Notes under the pieces: generated by a model | What the model was told of the DNA's origin: nothing | What the model saw: only the letters and a program-made list of their open reading frames with translations | Databases searched by the model: none | Translations under genes and position numbers: made by a program | Assembly (NCBI GenBank): GCA_963661295.1 | Contig: CAVLBI010000133.1 | Location: 168-64,167, forward strand | DNA length: 64,000 nucleotides | Direction of reading: 5' to 3' | Origin: a bacterium | GTDB taxonomy: Bacteria > Bacillota_I > Bacilli_A > RF39 > UBA660 | In this document: positions 18,268 to 28,713 of the stretch, in pieces | Numbering within the stretch: the stretch's first letter is position 1 | Layout: every line of letters starts with the position of its first letter

Positions 18268-20580
18268 ATGATTACAGGATGTGATTATGATATGGCAAAA
18301 AGAAAAAAGAAGAAATCAAAAAAGACCTCATCAATAGAAATAGGTATTGAATTATATGCAATTTTAATTATTTTTATAACAATTATTGGTTTAGGAAAAC
18401 TAGGACCAGTTGGAAAAGCAATAACATCATTTAGCTTATTTCTAACAGGATCAGCTTATATGTTATTTTTAATATTAATGCTAATTCTTGGAATATATGT
18501 ATTTATAAAAAAAGAATGGCCTGACTTCTTTACAACAAAAATGTTAGGTCTATATTTATTTATAATAGGCTTACTAACATTCATGCATTGGGATTTTATT
18601 TCACAAAATGATGGTAATGCCAGTTTAATATTTAGAGAAACACTAGACTGTCTAGTAAAAGGATTTAATTCAATTATGGCTACTGGAACAGTATCCGATA
18701 TGGTATCAGTAGGTGGAGGAATTATTGGTGGAGTATTTGCCCTTATATTTTCAAAATTATTCTCACTTCTTGGTATGAAAATCGCAACGATTCTATTTAT
18801 TGTAGTTGGTTTGTGTATGTTTACAGGATTCTCTATTAGTGAATTTTTAAGTGAAAAAGTAACACTTGCTAAAACTCATAAGAAAGAAAATAAACAAGAA
18901 GAGACAGAGTCTGATGAACAACCTATACATAAAGATATATTTGCTAATAAAAAAGTTAAAATTAGTAATGGCAATGAAATAGAAGAAGAACCGGAAAAAC
19001 CTAAAATTAAAAGTATTGATGAATTGAAAAAGATAAATACACAACAACCAGAAGAACAAGTTCAAAACCAAATTCAAGAACCAGTTGTAGAAAAAGTTGA
19101 TGTTACTAACCCAGAATATAAATTACCACCAATAGACTTATTAAATAAACCTAAAAATAACAATAATTCTATGGACAATGCCGCAATTGAGGCAAATATT
19201 GAAAAACTAGAAGAAGTATTAAAAAGTTTCAATGTAATTGCTAAAGTAGTAGAAGTACATATTGGACCAACAGTTGCTCAATATGAACTTGAAATTGCAA
19301 GTGGAACACGTGTAAATAAAATAACAACATTAAGTAGAGAAATAGCTCTAGCTTTATCTAAAAAAGATGTAAGAATAGAAGCACCAATTCCTGGTAAAAG
19401 TACAGTAGGTGTTGAATTTGCAAATGATAAACCAACATCAGTAAGTTTCTATGAAATAATGAATAGTAAAGTTATGCAACAAAATCAAGATAAAAAATTA
19501 ATGGTTCCACTAGGTAAATCAATAATGGGAGACATTGGAGTTTGTGAAATAAATAAAATGCCACATATGTTAATTGCAGGTACTACTGGTTCAGGTAAAT
19601 CAGTATGTGTTAACGGAATAATTTGTTCAATATTAATGAGAGCAAAACCAGATGAAGTAAAACTTGCTATGGTAGATCCAAAAGTGGTTGAATTATCAGT
19701 ATATAATGGAGTTCCACATCTTATGTGTCCAGTTGTGTCTGACCCTAAAAAAGCTGCAGTATTACTTGCAAAAATGGTAGCAGAAATGGAACATAGATAT
19801 CAACAATTTAGTGAATCAGGAACTAAAAAAATTGAAGGATACAACGAATATGTTGAAAAATGGAACAAGAAAAATCCTGATGTTCAAAAGAAAAAAATGC
19901 CATATATAGTAATCATAATAGACGAGTTATCTGACCTTATGATGGTCGCTGCAAAAGAAGTTGAAGACTCAATTTTACGTATCACACAAAAAGCTCGTGC
20001 TGCAGGGATTCACTTAATAGTTGCAACACAAAGACCTTCAACTGAAGTAATCACAGGTTTAATTAAAGCGAACATTCCAAGTAGAATTGCTTTTGCCGTT
20101 GGATCAGGAATTGACTCACGAACAATTCTAGATCAAGTTGGTGCAGAAAAACTATTAGGAAAAGGAGATATGTTCTTCTTACCAATTGGAATGAACTCAC
20201 CAATTCGTATTCAAGGTTCATTTATAACAGATGATGAAATCCAAAAAATTATTGACTTTACAGTAGAACAACAAAAAGCATCATATGAAGATACATTTAT
20301 GAACTTAGAAAAAGAAGAACCAAAAGATAATGGAATAGTTGATGGAGACCCAGTAGAAGTGGATAATGAAGATTCATTATATGATGAGATAGTTAATTTC
20401 GTTATAAAAAATCAAAAAGCATCAGCTTCACTTTTACAAAGAAAGTTTAAAATAGGTTATAATAAAGCCGCAACAATGATGGATGAATTAGAAGAAAACG
20501 GTATCATTGGACCACCAACAGGTAATTCAAAACCAAGAGAAGTTCTAGTTCAATTTAGTGAATCAGAAGATGAAGAATAG
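18268..20580 (+). CDS. ftsK: DNA translocase FtsK/SpoIIIE
   Basis: N-terminal TM domain and a linker. Motor domain has Walker A GTTGSGKS, IIDELSDLMM and a gamma wHTH (LLQRKFKIGYNKAATMMDELEENGIIG). The alternative start is ATG 18292. Confidence 0.9.
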   Translation: MITGCDYDMAKRKKKKSKKTSSIEIGIELYAILIIFITIIGLGKLGPVGKAITSFSLFLTGSAYMLFLILMLILGIYVFIKKEWPDFFTTKMLGLYLFIIGLLTFMHWDFISQNDGNASLIFRETLDCLVKGFNSIMATGTVSDMVSVGGGIIGGVFALIFSKLFSLLGMKIATILFIVVGLCMFTGFSISEFLSEKVTLAKTHKKENKQEETESDEQPIHKDIFANKKVKISNGNEIEEEPEKPKIKSIDELKKINTQQPEEQVQNQIQEPVVEKVDVTNPEYKLPPIDLLNKPKNNNNSMDNAAIEANIEKLEEVLKSFNVIAKVVEVHIGPTVAQYELEIASGTRVNKITTLSREIALALSKKDVRIEAPIPGKSTVGVEFANDKPTSVSFYEIMNSKVMQQNQDKKLMVPLGKSIMGDIGVCEINKMPHMLIAGTTGSGKSVCVNGIICSILMRAKPDEVKLAMVDPKVVELSVYNGVPHLMCPVVSDPKKAAVLLAKMVAEMEHRYQQFSESGTKKIEGYNEYVEKWNKKNPDVQKKKMPYIVIIIDELSDLMMVAAKEVEDSILRITQKARAAGIHLIVATQRPSTEVITGLIKANIPSRIAFAVGSGIDSRTILDQVGAEKLLGKGDMFFLPIGMNSPIRIQGSFITDDEIQKIIDFTVEQQKASYEDTFMNLEKEEPKDNGIVDGDPVEVDNEDSLYDEIVNFVIKNQKASASLLQRKFKIGYNKAATMMDELEENGIIGPPTGNSKPREVLVQFSESEDEE

Positions 20581-20589
20581 GTGGATAAT

Positions 20590-21201
20590 ATGAAAGAAGT
20601 TACTAAAAAAACATAAGAAGAAAAGTTTGAAGAAAACATATCAAACTTAAGAAAAGAATTTGAAATTAATAAAAAAGGTACAAATAAAAGAATAGAAAAT
20701 ATTCTACTAGATATAAAACAAGAAAAAAATGGCCTAACAATTACAGAAACCCTTAAGAAAAACAAAGAAAAAGTAATGACTGGAATATTAAGTGTAGTAT
20801 TAATCATTTTAGGAATATTTGGAGAGGTTCCATCAGATGGAATATACTACTTTGGCTTCCTTTTCTTTATATTTGGTTTCTTTATAGGAATATATGAATC
20901 AGGCCCTGGTATAATATTTTTCTTTTCTCATTGAGGAACAGGACTTGCAATAATGTTAGGATCTAAATTATATCCTATATTTGAAAGCCCAATACTTACA
21001 GATATGCCAATAAAATTAATATTAGTCCTAATATTAATCGCAGCCATAACAATAATTTCATTTGTATTAATAGTGTTATTTAATGTTACAAATAAATTTA
21101 AAAGACACAAAGAATACTTACCATTAACCTTAGCTTTATTCACATTAGCTGTCTTAATATCAACATTTGTACCAAAGTTAATAGTACCTGGAATATTTTG
21201 A
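20590..21201 (+). pseudogene. membrane protein gene interrupted by two in-frame stops (TAA 20614..20616, TGA 20932..20934); alternatively two small coupled membrane-protein ORFs
   Basis: A single frame stays coding-like for 204 codons, with about 60 soluble residues followed by 4 TM segments. The only M-initiated pieces are 20776..20934 and 20953..21201. Confidence 0.4.
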
Positions 21202-21234
21202 TAAATAATAAAATAAAAATGATTGGCATGAAAG

Positions 21235-21654
21235 TCAATCATTTTCTGTTTTTATCAAATAACTAAAATATTTTGTTTTACCTGATAAAATATCTTTATA
21301 AAATTTTTGCTTCCAGTGAACAAAGTCAATCGCATCTTGTATTTCTTGCTTTTTATGTTCTAACTCACGAAGTTTAGAATCTAAAATATCTTGTCTTTCA
21401 GGTATAGAAGACTCACCCTTTAAACACAACTCCAAATATTCTTTCATCTCAGCAATACTCATCCCACAATTTTTTAGGCAAGATAGACTTTTGATCCAGT
21501 TAATGTCATTATCATCAAACACACGATAATTACTTTTATTTCTTTTAACATTTGGAATTAAACCTTCATTACAATAAAATTTTAAAGTATCATAAGTTAG
21601 TCCTGTTTTATCACAAGTCTCTTTCATTGAATATAATTTTTCTGTTTTTATCAT
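21235..21654 (-). CDS. MerR-family transcriptional regulator
   Basis: N-terminal HTH YSMKETCDKTGLTYDTLKFYCNEGLIP and a C-terminal coiled coil. AAGAGGTGA RBS precedes ATG at 21654. The track ORF uses GTG at 21663. Confidence 0.8.
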   Translation of the reverse strand: MIKTEKLYSMKETCDKTGLTYDTLKFYCNEGLIPNVKRNKSNYRVFDDNDINWIKSLSCLKNCGMSIAEMKEYLELCLKGESSIPERQDILDSKLRELEHKKQEIQDAIDFVHWKQKFYKDILSGKTKYFSYLIKTEND

Positions 21655-21801
21655 AAAATTCACCTCTTAGTACATTATAAAAAATAGAGTATAATATGCA
21701 GTCAATAAAAAATAATAAAAAAATATTGACCGTGTCTAACACACGACTATTAGAATTGTATTGTAAATTGATAGTCTTGTCAATTTAGAAAGGGTGAAAA
21801 T

Positions 21802-22692
21802 ATGGAATATATAAAACTTAACAACGGTGTAGAAATGCCAATTTTAGGATTTGGAGTTTATCAAATTCCTAAGGAAGAAACAAAAAGATGCGTGCTTGAT
21901 GCTATTAAAGTAGGATATAGAAGTATCGATACTGCCCAAAGTTATTTTAATGAAGCTGAAGTTGGAGAAGCAATTTCAGAGTGTGGTGTACCAAGAGAAG
22001 ACTTATTTATCACAACAAAAGTATGGATTGATAATTATGGGTATGAAAATTGTAAAAAATCAGTAGAAGAATCTTTAAAAAAATTAAGAACTGATTATAT
22101 TGATTTAGTATTACTTCATCAACCATTTAGTGATTATTATGGAGCATATAGAGCTTTAGAAGATTTATATGAAGAAGGAAAAATAAGAGCAATAGGTGTA
22201 TCAAACTTCTATCCAGATAGATTAAGCGACATGTGTTTATTTGGAAGAAAAGTAGTGCCAGCAGTAAATCAAGTAGAAACAAACCCAATTAATGCGCAGG
22301 TTAAAGCACAAGAAAATATGGAAAAGTATGGAGTGCATATTGAAGCATGGGCACCATTTGGAGAAGGAAGAAATGGTTTATTTGAAAATGAAACCTTAGT
22401 TAATATTGGTAAAAAATATAATAAGAGTTCAGCTCAAGTAATACTTAGATGGTTAATTCAAAGGGGTGTAATTATTGCTTGTAAATCTACTCATATAGAA
22501 AGAATGCAAGAAAACTTTAATGTATTTGATTTTTGTCTTTCAAAAGATGATATGGAAAATATTAATAAATTAGATACAAGTGATAGTTTGTTCTTCAATC
22601 ATCAAGACCCTAACATGGTTGAATGGTTTGATAATATTGTTAAAGAAAGAAGAACAAACGAAGATTGTCGTAATGACAAAAAGAATTGGTAA
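21802..22692 (+). CDS. aldo/keto reductase
   Basis: AKR signature GYRSIDTAQSY...LHQP...IGVSNF. Divergent from the MerR gene. Confidence 0.85.
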   Translation: MEYIKLNNGVEMPILGFGVYQIPKEETKRCVLDAIKVGYRSIDTAQSYFNEAEVGEAISECGVPREDLFITTKVWIDNYGYENCKKSVEESLKKLRTDYIDLVLLHQPFSDYYGAYRALEDLYEEGKIRAIGVSNFYPDRLSDMCLFGRKVVPAVNQVETNPINAQVKAQENMEKYGVHIEAWAPFGEGRNGLFENETLVNIGKKYNKSSAQVILRWLIQRGVIIACKSTHIERMQENFNVFDFCLSKDDMENINKLDTSDSLFFNHQDPNMVEWFDNIVKERRTNEDCRNDKKNW

Positions 22693-22701
22693 GGAGAATT
22701 T

Positions 22702-23343
22702 ATGAATAAGAAGATAATTATAGGAGTTTTAACAGTAATTATAATTGCTATTATAGGAATGTACAGTTACTCTTTCATTAATAGTAATAAGAACATAAAT
22801 GAAACAAACTCAAGTAATGATTATAGTAAAGATAACAAAAGTGATAATAAAATAACTTCTGATGGTAAAATGCTTGTTGCGTATTTTTCTGCGACTGGTT
22901 CTACAAAAAAAGTAGCAGAAGAACTAGCTAAAAACTTAAATGCTGATCTTTTTGAGATTGAGCCAGTAGATGCTTATACATCAGATGATTTAAATTGGTC
23001 AGATAATAATTCTAGAGTATCAAAAGAACATAATGATGAATCATTAAGAAATATTAAATTAAAAAATACTAAAGTTTCTAATTGGGATAATTATGATACT
23101 GTTTTAATTGGTTATCCAATTTGGTGGGGAATTGCTGCATGGCCAGTAAATAATTTTGTTAAAGATAATGATTTTACTGGTAAAACAGTTATTCCTTTCT
23201 GTACATCTGCATCAAGTGATCTTGGTCAAAGTGGGGAATTACTACAAGATATGGCAAAAGGTGGAGACTTTCAAAAAGGAATGCGCTTTTCATCTAGTGC
23301 ATCAACTAAAGAAATAAAAGAATGGACAGACAGCTTAAAATAA
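22702..23343 (+). CDS. membrane-anchored flavodoxin-like protein
   Basis: N-terminal TM segment, then a flavodoxin fold with KMLVAYFSATGSTKKVAEELA and IGYPIWWG. Confidence 0.75.
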   Translation: MNKKIIIGVLTVIIIAIIGMYSYSFINSNKNINETNSSNDYSKDNKSDNKITSDGKMLVAYFSATGSTKKVAEELAKNLNADLFEIEPVDAYTSDDLNWSDNNSRVSKEHNDESLRNIKLKNTKVSNWDNYDTVLIGYPIWWGIAAWPVNNFVKDNDFTGKTVIPFCTSASSDLGQSGELLQDMAKGGDFQKGMRFSSSASTKEIKEWTDSLK

Positions 23344-23413
23344 AAACTTACTATTAAATTCTTTAATTATTAAAATTTATATCAAAGTTAATAGTAATAA
23401 GACTATTTCAATA

Positions 23414-23449
23414 AACAAGTTTAAATCAATTTGAACTTGTTTTTTTTTA
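23414..23449 (+). terminator. rho-independent terminator after the flavodoxin gene
   Basis: AACAAGTTTAAATCAATTTGAACTTGTT followed by T9. Confidence 0.5.
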
Positions 23450-23484
23450 TATAAAAGTTTGTTATAATGATATAAGAAAGAAGG

Positions 23485-24207
23485 TTGATTAATGTGCCAA
23501 CACCACATATTGAAAGTAAAAAAGAAGATATTGCAAAGAATGTATTAATGCCAGGAGACCCACTTCGTGCAAAATACATTGCTGAAAATTTTTTAGAAGA
23601 TTATAAACTAATTAATACAGTAAGAAACATGTATGGATATACAGGAAAATATAAAGGAAAAGAAGTAACTGTATTCGCATCAGGTATGGGAGTACCAAGC
23701 ATTGGAATATACTCATATGAATTATATAAATTCTACGACGTAGAAAACATTATAAGAATAGGTACATGTGGATCATTCCATGAAGATATAAAATTATTAG
23801 ATGTTGTCTTATCAAGCGGAGCTTATTGTAAAAGTTACTTTGATGAACTATTAGATGGAGTAGACCTAAACTTTATTCAGTCATCTGCAGAATTAAATAG
23901 AAAGATAATGAATAAAGCAAAAGAAAAATATATGAATTTAAAAGTTGGAAAGACAATTACATCAGATGTCTTTGATCTTTACTGTGATGATGAAGAAAAG
24001 TTTAGAGGAAACTTTCCAGATATGAACTTCCTAGCAGTAGAAATGGAAGCATTCGGACTATTCTATATCGCAAACAAATTAGGAAGAAATGCATCAGCCC
24101 TAATGACTGTAGTAGATTCACTATATGATAAAAGATCATTATCAAGTGAAGAAAGAGAAAAATCCCTTAATGATATGATAGAAATGGCATTAGAATCTAT
24201 AATTTAG
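23485..24207 (+). CDS. deoD: purine nucleoside phosphorylase, DeoD type
   Basis: LMPGDPLRAKYIAE...GMGVPSIGIYSYEL are hallmark PNP-I blocks. GTG 23494 is an alternative start. Confidence 0.85.
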   Translation: MINVPTPHIESKKEDIAKNVLMPGDPLRAKYIAENFLEDYKLINTVRNMYGYTGKYKGKEVTVFASGMGVPSIGIYSYELYKFYDVENIIRIGTCGSFHEDIKLLDVVLSSGAYCKSYFDELLDGVDLNFIQSSAELNRKIMNKAKEKYMNLKVGKTITSDVFDLYCDDEEKFRGNFPDMNFLAVEMEAFGLFYIANKLGRNASALMTVVDSLYDKRSLSSEEREKSLNDMIEMALESII

Positions 24208-24241
24208 AAAAATATGTTCATAATAATAAAGAGGTGAAAAC

Positions 24242-25504
24242 ATGCAAATAATAAACAAAGATTTAGGATCATACAATTTACACATAATAAAAACAGATCA
24301 ATTTAAGACAATGACAATGCAAGTTATATTTCATACACCAATAATAAAAAAAGATATAACTAAAAGAAACATTTTATCAGATATACTATTACAATCAACA
24401 AAAGAATATGCATCTCACAGAGACTTAACAATCAAATCAGAAGAATTATATGGAGCAGATTTATATACAAGAAATAGAAGAGTAGGAAATTACATAATGA
24501 CAAGCTTCACTCTTCAAACACTAAATGATAAATATACAGAAACAGGCAATTTTGAAGAATCAGTCAAATTTCTTCACGAAATATTATTTAATCCAGATGT
24601 TGAAGAAAAAAAATTCAAAGAAGAAAAACTAGATTTAGTAAAAACTAATGCAACACTTGCCTTAAATTCACTAAAAGAAAATGCTCCGAGTTATTCAATA
24701 ATTCGTATGAATGAAGCATATGATAAAGAAAGTCCTATTTCATATAGAACAGTAGGTTATTTAGAAGATTTAGAATCAATAACTGTAGAAAACTTATATG
24801 AATATTATGAAAATATGATTGATAATGACTATGTAGATATATTTGTATTAGGAGATGTAAATGTAAAAGATGTCCTACCATTAGTTAAAAAGTATTTTAA
24901 ATTTAAGAAAGTTAAGAAAAGAAAAGCGTCATACTATCTTCAAAATAAAATTCCTCGTAAAAGAAGATTATTTGCAAAAGAGACAAATAACAATTCTCAG
25001 TCAAATCTAGCAATTGCCTGTCCTATATCAAAACTATCAGAAAATGATAAAAACTATTCTATGTTACTAGCAAACATAATATTAGGAGAAACAGCTGACT
25101 CTAAACTATTTAAAGAAGTAAGAGAAGAAAACTCTCTATGCTACACAATAAGATCAAACTATAATAGATTAGATAATTTAATGGTAATATATGCAGGAAT
25201 AGATAAAGAAAACTATACTAAATCATTAGAATTAATTACTAAAAATATTCAAGATATGAAAAAAGGTAAATTTACAGATAATGATATAAAAGTAGCCAAA
25301 GAATTCTTTAATACATCAGCTGAACTAATTATGGAGTCTCCTACAGGAATAATAAATGAAGTATTATCAGAAGAAATATTAAAAATAGAACCATTAGATA
25401 TTAGAAAAGAAAAGATTAATAAAATAACAAGAAAAGATATAATTAGAGCTAGTAAAAAAATAGATATGGATACAGTCTTCTTATTAGAAGGAGGTAATGA
25501 ATAA
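24242..25504 (+). CDS. M16-family peptidase-like protein, non-catalytic partner (YmfF-like)
   Basis: Two-domain M16 architecture that lacks the HxxEH motif. Confidence 0.7.
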   Translation: MQIINKDLGSYNLHIIKTDQFKTMTMQVIFHTPIIKKDITKRNILSDILLQSTKEYASHRDLTIKSEELYGADLYTRNRRVGNYIMTSFTLQTLNDKYTETGNFEESVKFLHEILFNPDVEEKKFKEEKLDLVKTNATLALNSLKENAPSYSIIRMNEAYDKESPISYRTVGYLEDLESITVENLYEYYENMIDNDYVDIFVLGDVNVKDVLPLVKKYFKFKKVKKRKASYYLQNKIPRKRRLFAKETNNNSQSNLAIACPISKLSENDKNYSMLLANIILGETADSKLFKEVREENSLCYTIRSNYNRLDNLMVIYAGIDKENYTKSLELITKNIQDMKKGKFTDNDIKVAKEFFNTSAELIMESPTGIINEVLSEEILKIEPLDIRKEKINKITRKDIIRASKKIDMDTVFLLEGGNE

Positions 25505-26772
25505 TGAAAAAAATAGAATTAAAAGGACTAGAAGCAACACTTTATCAAGAAACTTTAGATAATGGTTTAGAAATATATTTATTACCATATGAAAATAAGA
25601 AAAATTACTATATTAGTTATGCTACACACTTTGGAAGTGATGTCTTAGAGTTTACTGATACAACAGGTAAAAATCATACTCCACCATTAGGAGTAGCACA
25701 CTTTCTAGAACATAAAATGTTTGAAGAAGAATCAGGCATAGATCCATTTTCATTCTTCTCAGAATCAGGAACAGACTCTAATGCATCAACTTCATATGAT
25801 AATACTCAGTATATTTGTGCAGGAACTAGAAACTTTAGAGAAAATCTAAGATATTTAATTCAATTTGTAAATAGACCATATTATACAGACGAAAATGTAG
25901 AAAAAGAAAAAGGAATAATTGCCGAAGAATTGAAAATGTATGACGATATTCCGGACTACAAAATAGAACAAAGATTAAGAGAATGTTTATATAAAAATAG
26001 TCCGAGAAGAATAGATATAGGTGGAACAGTAGAAGAAATAAATAAAATTACGAAAGAAGATTTATATGACTGTTATAATAGCTTTTATAAACCTAATAAT
26101 ATGTTTATAGAAGTAGTAGGTAACTTTAATGTAGATGATGCTATTGAAGTAATAAAAGAAGAACTGCAAAATAAAGAAAAATCAAATGTTTCAGAAATCA
26201 AAGAAGTAATAGAACCGGTCGAAGTATATAAAAAAGAATTAACTATAAAAGAAGATATTGATGTAGAAAAAATAGCCCTAGGTCTAAAAGTACCAGTAAA
26301 AGATTTATCATTAAAAGACATAGAACTAGATTTATATCTTACAATGATTACTAATATCTTATTTGGATCATCATCAGAATTTAAAGAAAGAGTAAGAAAA
26401 GCAAAAATTCTTTCTAATATTTATACAGAATGGGAAACACTAAAAAAATTTAGAACGTTCTATCTTGAAGCATCAACAACAGACCCTGATAAATTATTAG
26501 AAGAAATAAAATATGAATTAAAAAACATGCAACTACCAGAAAATGTATTCAATAGAATAAAAAAAGTCTGGATTGCTAATGAAGTAAAAATGATAGATGA
26601 AATTTCCGCAACAAGTTACAACATATATGATGATATATTAAGATATAATAAAGTAATACCAAATAGATTAGAATTAATTAGAAAAATGAATTATGAAAAA
26701 CTAAAAAAACTAGTCAAAGAAATAGATTTTGAAAATATAAGTATTGTAAAAATGCTATCAAACAAAAAGTAG
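25504..26772 (+). CDS. M16-family zinc peptidase (YmfH-like)
   Basis: Inverted zinc-binding motif HFLEH...E. Start overlaps the previous gene by 1 nt. Confidence 0.8.
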   Translation: MKKIELKGLEATLYQETLDNGLEIYLLPYENKKNYYISYATHFGSDVLEFTDTTGKNHTPPLGVAHFLEHKMFEEESGIDPFSFFSESGTDSNASTSYDNTQYICAGTRNFRENLRYLIQFVNRPYYTDENVEKEKGIIAEELKMYDDIPDYKIEQRLRECLYKNSPRRIDIGGTVEEINKITKEDLYDCYNSFYKPNNMFIEVVGNFNVDDAIEVIKEELQNKEKSNVSEIKEVIEPVEVYKKELTIKEDIDVEKIALGLKVPVKDLSLKDIELDLYLTMITNILFGSSSEFKERVRKAKILSNIYTEWETLKKFRTFYLEASTTDPDKLLEEIKYELKNMQLPENVFNRIKKVWIANEVKMIDEISATSYNIYDDILRYNKVIPNRLELIRKMNYEKLKKLVKEIDFENISIVKMLSNKK

Positions 26773-26833
26773 AATAATTATTCTATTTTTTTTACTATTA
26801 TGATAGAATTAAATAAAGTAGAGGTGTAGTTAA

Positions 26834-27736
26834 ATGGATGAATTTAAAATAGGAGACGATATAGAAGAAAATCCAGGAGAATCTAAAATAAGAAATAGTA
26901 ATAGTATTGTTCCAATAATAATAGTAATTGTAGCCGCAATTGTAATAGGTTTAACAGTATTCTTTATAAGTAATGCAATTCTAAATCCATCTAAAAAAGA
27001 ACCGGACCAACCAACAGTAACAAAACTAGATCTTAAAGATGAAAATGTAGAAATACTATATAACTATGTTATATATGGAACTAATAATACAAGATATGAT
27101 AAATTTATAAAAGAACAAAATGTCACAATAGATTCATTTTCTAATTATGATAAATTTTATTATGCATTAATGTTTGTAGAAACTAGTGATATAACAGATA
27201 ATAATAAAAAAGATGAAGCAGGAAACAAGATATTTAGTATTCCAGAATCAAAAATAAAAACTTATATGAAAAGATTCTTTGGACCTAATATTAATTATTC
27301 AACTGATACTGAAATAACTTATGCTTTTAATTTCTCAAGTGGTGGTAAAAATATTGCTACTTTAACATATGATCCTACATCACAAGGTTTTAATATTGTA
27401 TTTAAAGATACATCAAAGAAGAAAGATGAAAATGTAGTAGAACCATATTATGCAAAACTATCAGATGCAACTCGGACATCAGATGGAACATTAACACTAA
27501 AAGAAAAAATAATATATACAGATATCAAAACTAATGAAGATGGAACATATAATATAACAATTTATAAAGACTACAATCATACAGAACAAATTGATATAAA
27601 AGAAAACTATAGTCAAGAATTATTAAAAACATCACCAATAACTATAGATGACTATTCAAATAAAGCATCAACAATAACATATACATTTAAAACATATAAT
27701 AATACATATTATTTTGAAAGTAGCACAATAAGTTAA
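26834..27736 (+). CDS. N-terminally membrane-anchored extracytoplasmic protein (hypothetical)
   Basis: TM segment IVPIIIVIVAAIVIGLTVFFI followed by a hydrophilic Asn/Thr/Tyr-rich domain. Confidence 0.55.
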   Translation: MDEFKIGDDIEENPGESKIRNSNSIVPIIIVIVAAIVIGLTVFFISNAILNPSKKEPDQPTVTKLDLKDENVEILYNYVIYGTNNTRYDKFIKEQNVTIDSFSNYDKFYYALMFVETSDITDNNKKDEAGNKIFSIPESKIKTYMKRFFGPNINYSTDTEITYAFNFSSGGKNIATLTYDPTSQGFNIVFKDTSKKKDENVVEPYYAKLSDATRTSDGTLTLKEKIIYTDIKTNEDGTYNITIYKDYNHTEQIDIKENYSQELLKTSPITIDDYSNKASTITYTFKTYNNTYYFESSTIS

Positions 27737-27805
27737 ATTCAGTTAAAAAAGAAGGAAAAATAATGAAAGAAGTATTATATAATTAAAACTAATGCAAAAT
27801 TTGAT

Positions 27806-27988
27806 ATGAATAATGCAAAACTAGATGACGGAGAAAGAGAAGGCAATTATACTGCGAAAACTATTCCTCTAAAAGACGTCGAACAAATTTTAATAGATAG
27901 TATTCCTGATAATCCAATAAATGAAGTAATTGTTGAAGAAATGTTAGATATTTTTAAAGAGTATAAAAAATTATCTACAAATAAATAA
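27806..27988 (+). CDS. small hypothetical protein
   Basis: 60-aa ORF with no clear RBS. The call is weak. Confidence 0.25.
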   Translation: MNNAKLDDGEREGNYTAKTIPLKDVEQILIDSIPDNPINEVIVEEMLDIFKEYKKLSTNK

Positions 27989-28036
27989 TAAAGATTGAAA
28001 AAATACTTTTGATGCTGTATTTTATATAAAAGGAGA

Positions 28037-28630
28037 GTGAAGAAAATGAATAAAATATTAATAGCGACTAGAAACAAAGATAAATTTAAAATAGTATCTA
28101 AACTTTTAAAAACTAACTTATTTCCTGATGACAACTTTTATAATATTTCCGATATAAATAAAGAAATAATAGATGATGTTGAAGTAGGTGATATAAATAA
28201 TCGTTCCAAAAATAAAGCAGTTAATGTTTTTAATCAGCTTGATGAAAATAATTATGATTTTATTATAGGAGTAGATGATGGTATAAAAATGAAAGGAAAC
28301 TTAATTCCAAACGTAAAAGATTATATAAAAGATATTTTAGATGATAAATATTTATCAGCTGGAGAAATAGTTTATATAGTCAGATCATATACATTTATAA
28401 ATAAAGATAACAAAATAAAAACCATTACAACTGAAATACCTTTTGAATATTCAAAGTTAGATCATGAGTATTCATTAGAAAAAAATTCTTATCCATTAAG
28501 TCATGTATTAAAACCACTTAATTTAGATGTTCCTGTATATAAACTAACAGATGATGAATCAAATGATTATTATTCATCTTATTCAAAAGATTCATATAAT
28601 GAAATTAAAAAGTTTTTTAATATAAATTAA
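28037..28630 (+). CDS. hypothetical protein with a faint Ham1/ITPase-like pattern
   Basis: ILIATRNKDKFKIVSKLL and DFIIGVDDGIKMKGNL loosely resemble the N-terminal and central blocks of non-canonical NTP pyrophosphatases. This is not secure. Confidence 0.45.
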   Translation: MKKMNKILIATRNKDKFKIVSKLLKTNLFPDDNFYNISDINKEIIDDVEVGDINNRSKNKAVNVFNQLDENNYDFIIGVDDGIKMKGNLIPNVKDYIKDILDDKYLSAGEIVYIVRSYTFINKDNKIKTITTEIPFEYSKLDHEYSLEKNSYPLSHVLKPLNLDVPVYKLTDDESNDYYSSYSKDSYNEIKKFFNIN

Positions 28631-28681
28631 TAAATATTATAAAGTAAAGATAATCATATTAATAAGTGGTAATTATTTATA

Positions 28682-28713
28682 TAGTCAATGTTGTTAAGCA
28701 TTGACTATTTTTT
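28682..28713 (+). terminator. rho-independent terminator upstream of lepA
   Basis: TAGTCAATGTTGTTAAGCATTGACTA hairpin plus T-run. Confidence 0.55.

Noticed and set aside
17666-20934. The possibility that the in-frame TGA/TAA codons reflect an alternative genetic code (for example TGA=Trp as in Mycoplasma)
   Set aside because: TGA, TAA and TAG all terminate full-length, well-conserved genes in this window. TGA ends the response regulator at 42289..42291, and TAA or TAG ends thrS, dnaG, sigA and others. Two of the three internal stops are TAA, which is not reassigned in any known bacterial code. Pseudogenisation or local readthrough is the better explanation.
20928-21242. The 104-aa minus-strand ORF overlapping the membrane-protein frame downstream of ftsK
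   Set aside because: The + strand frame is more consistently coding-like (hydrophobic TM periodicity) and is continuous with upstream coding sequence. The minus ORF has no RBS and would converge directly into ftsK.
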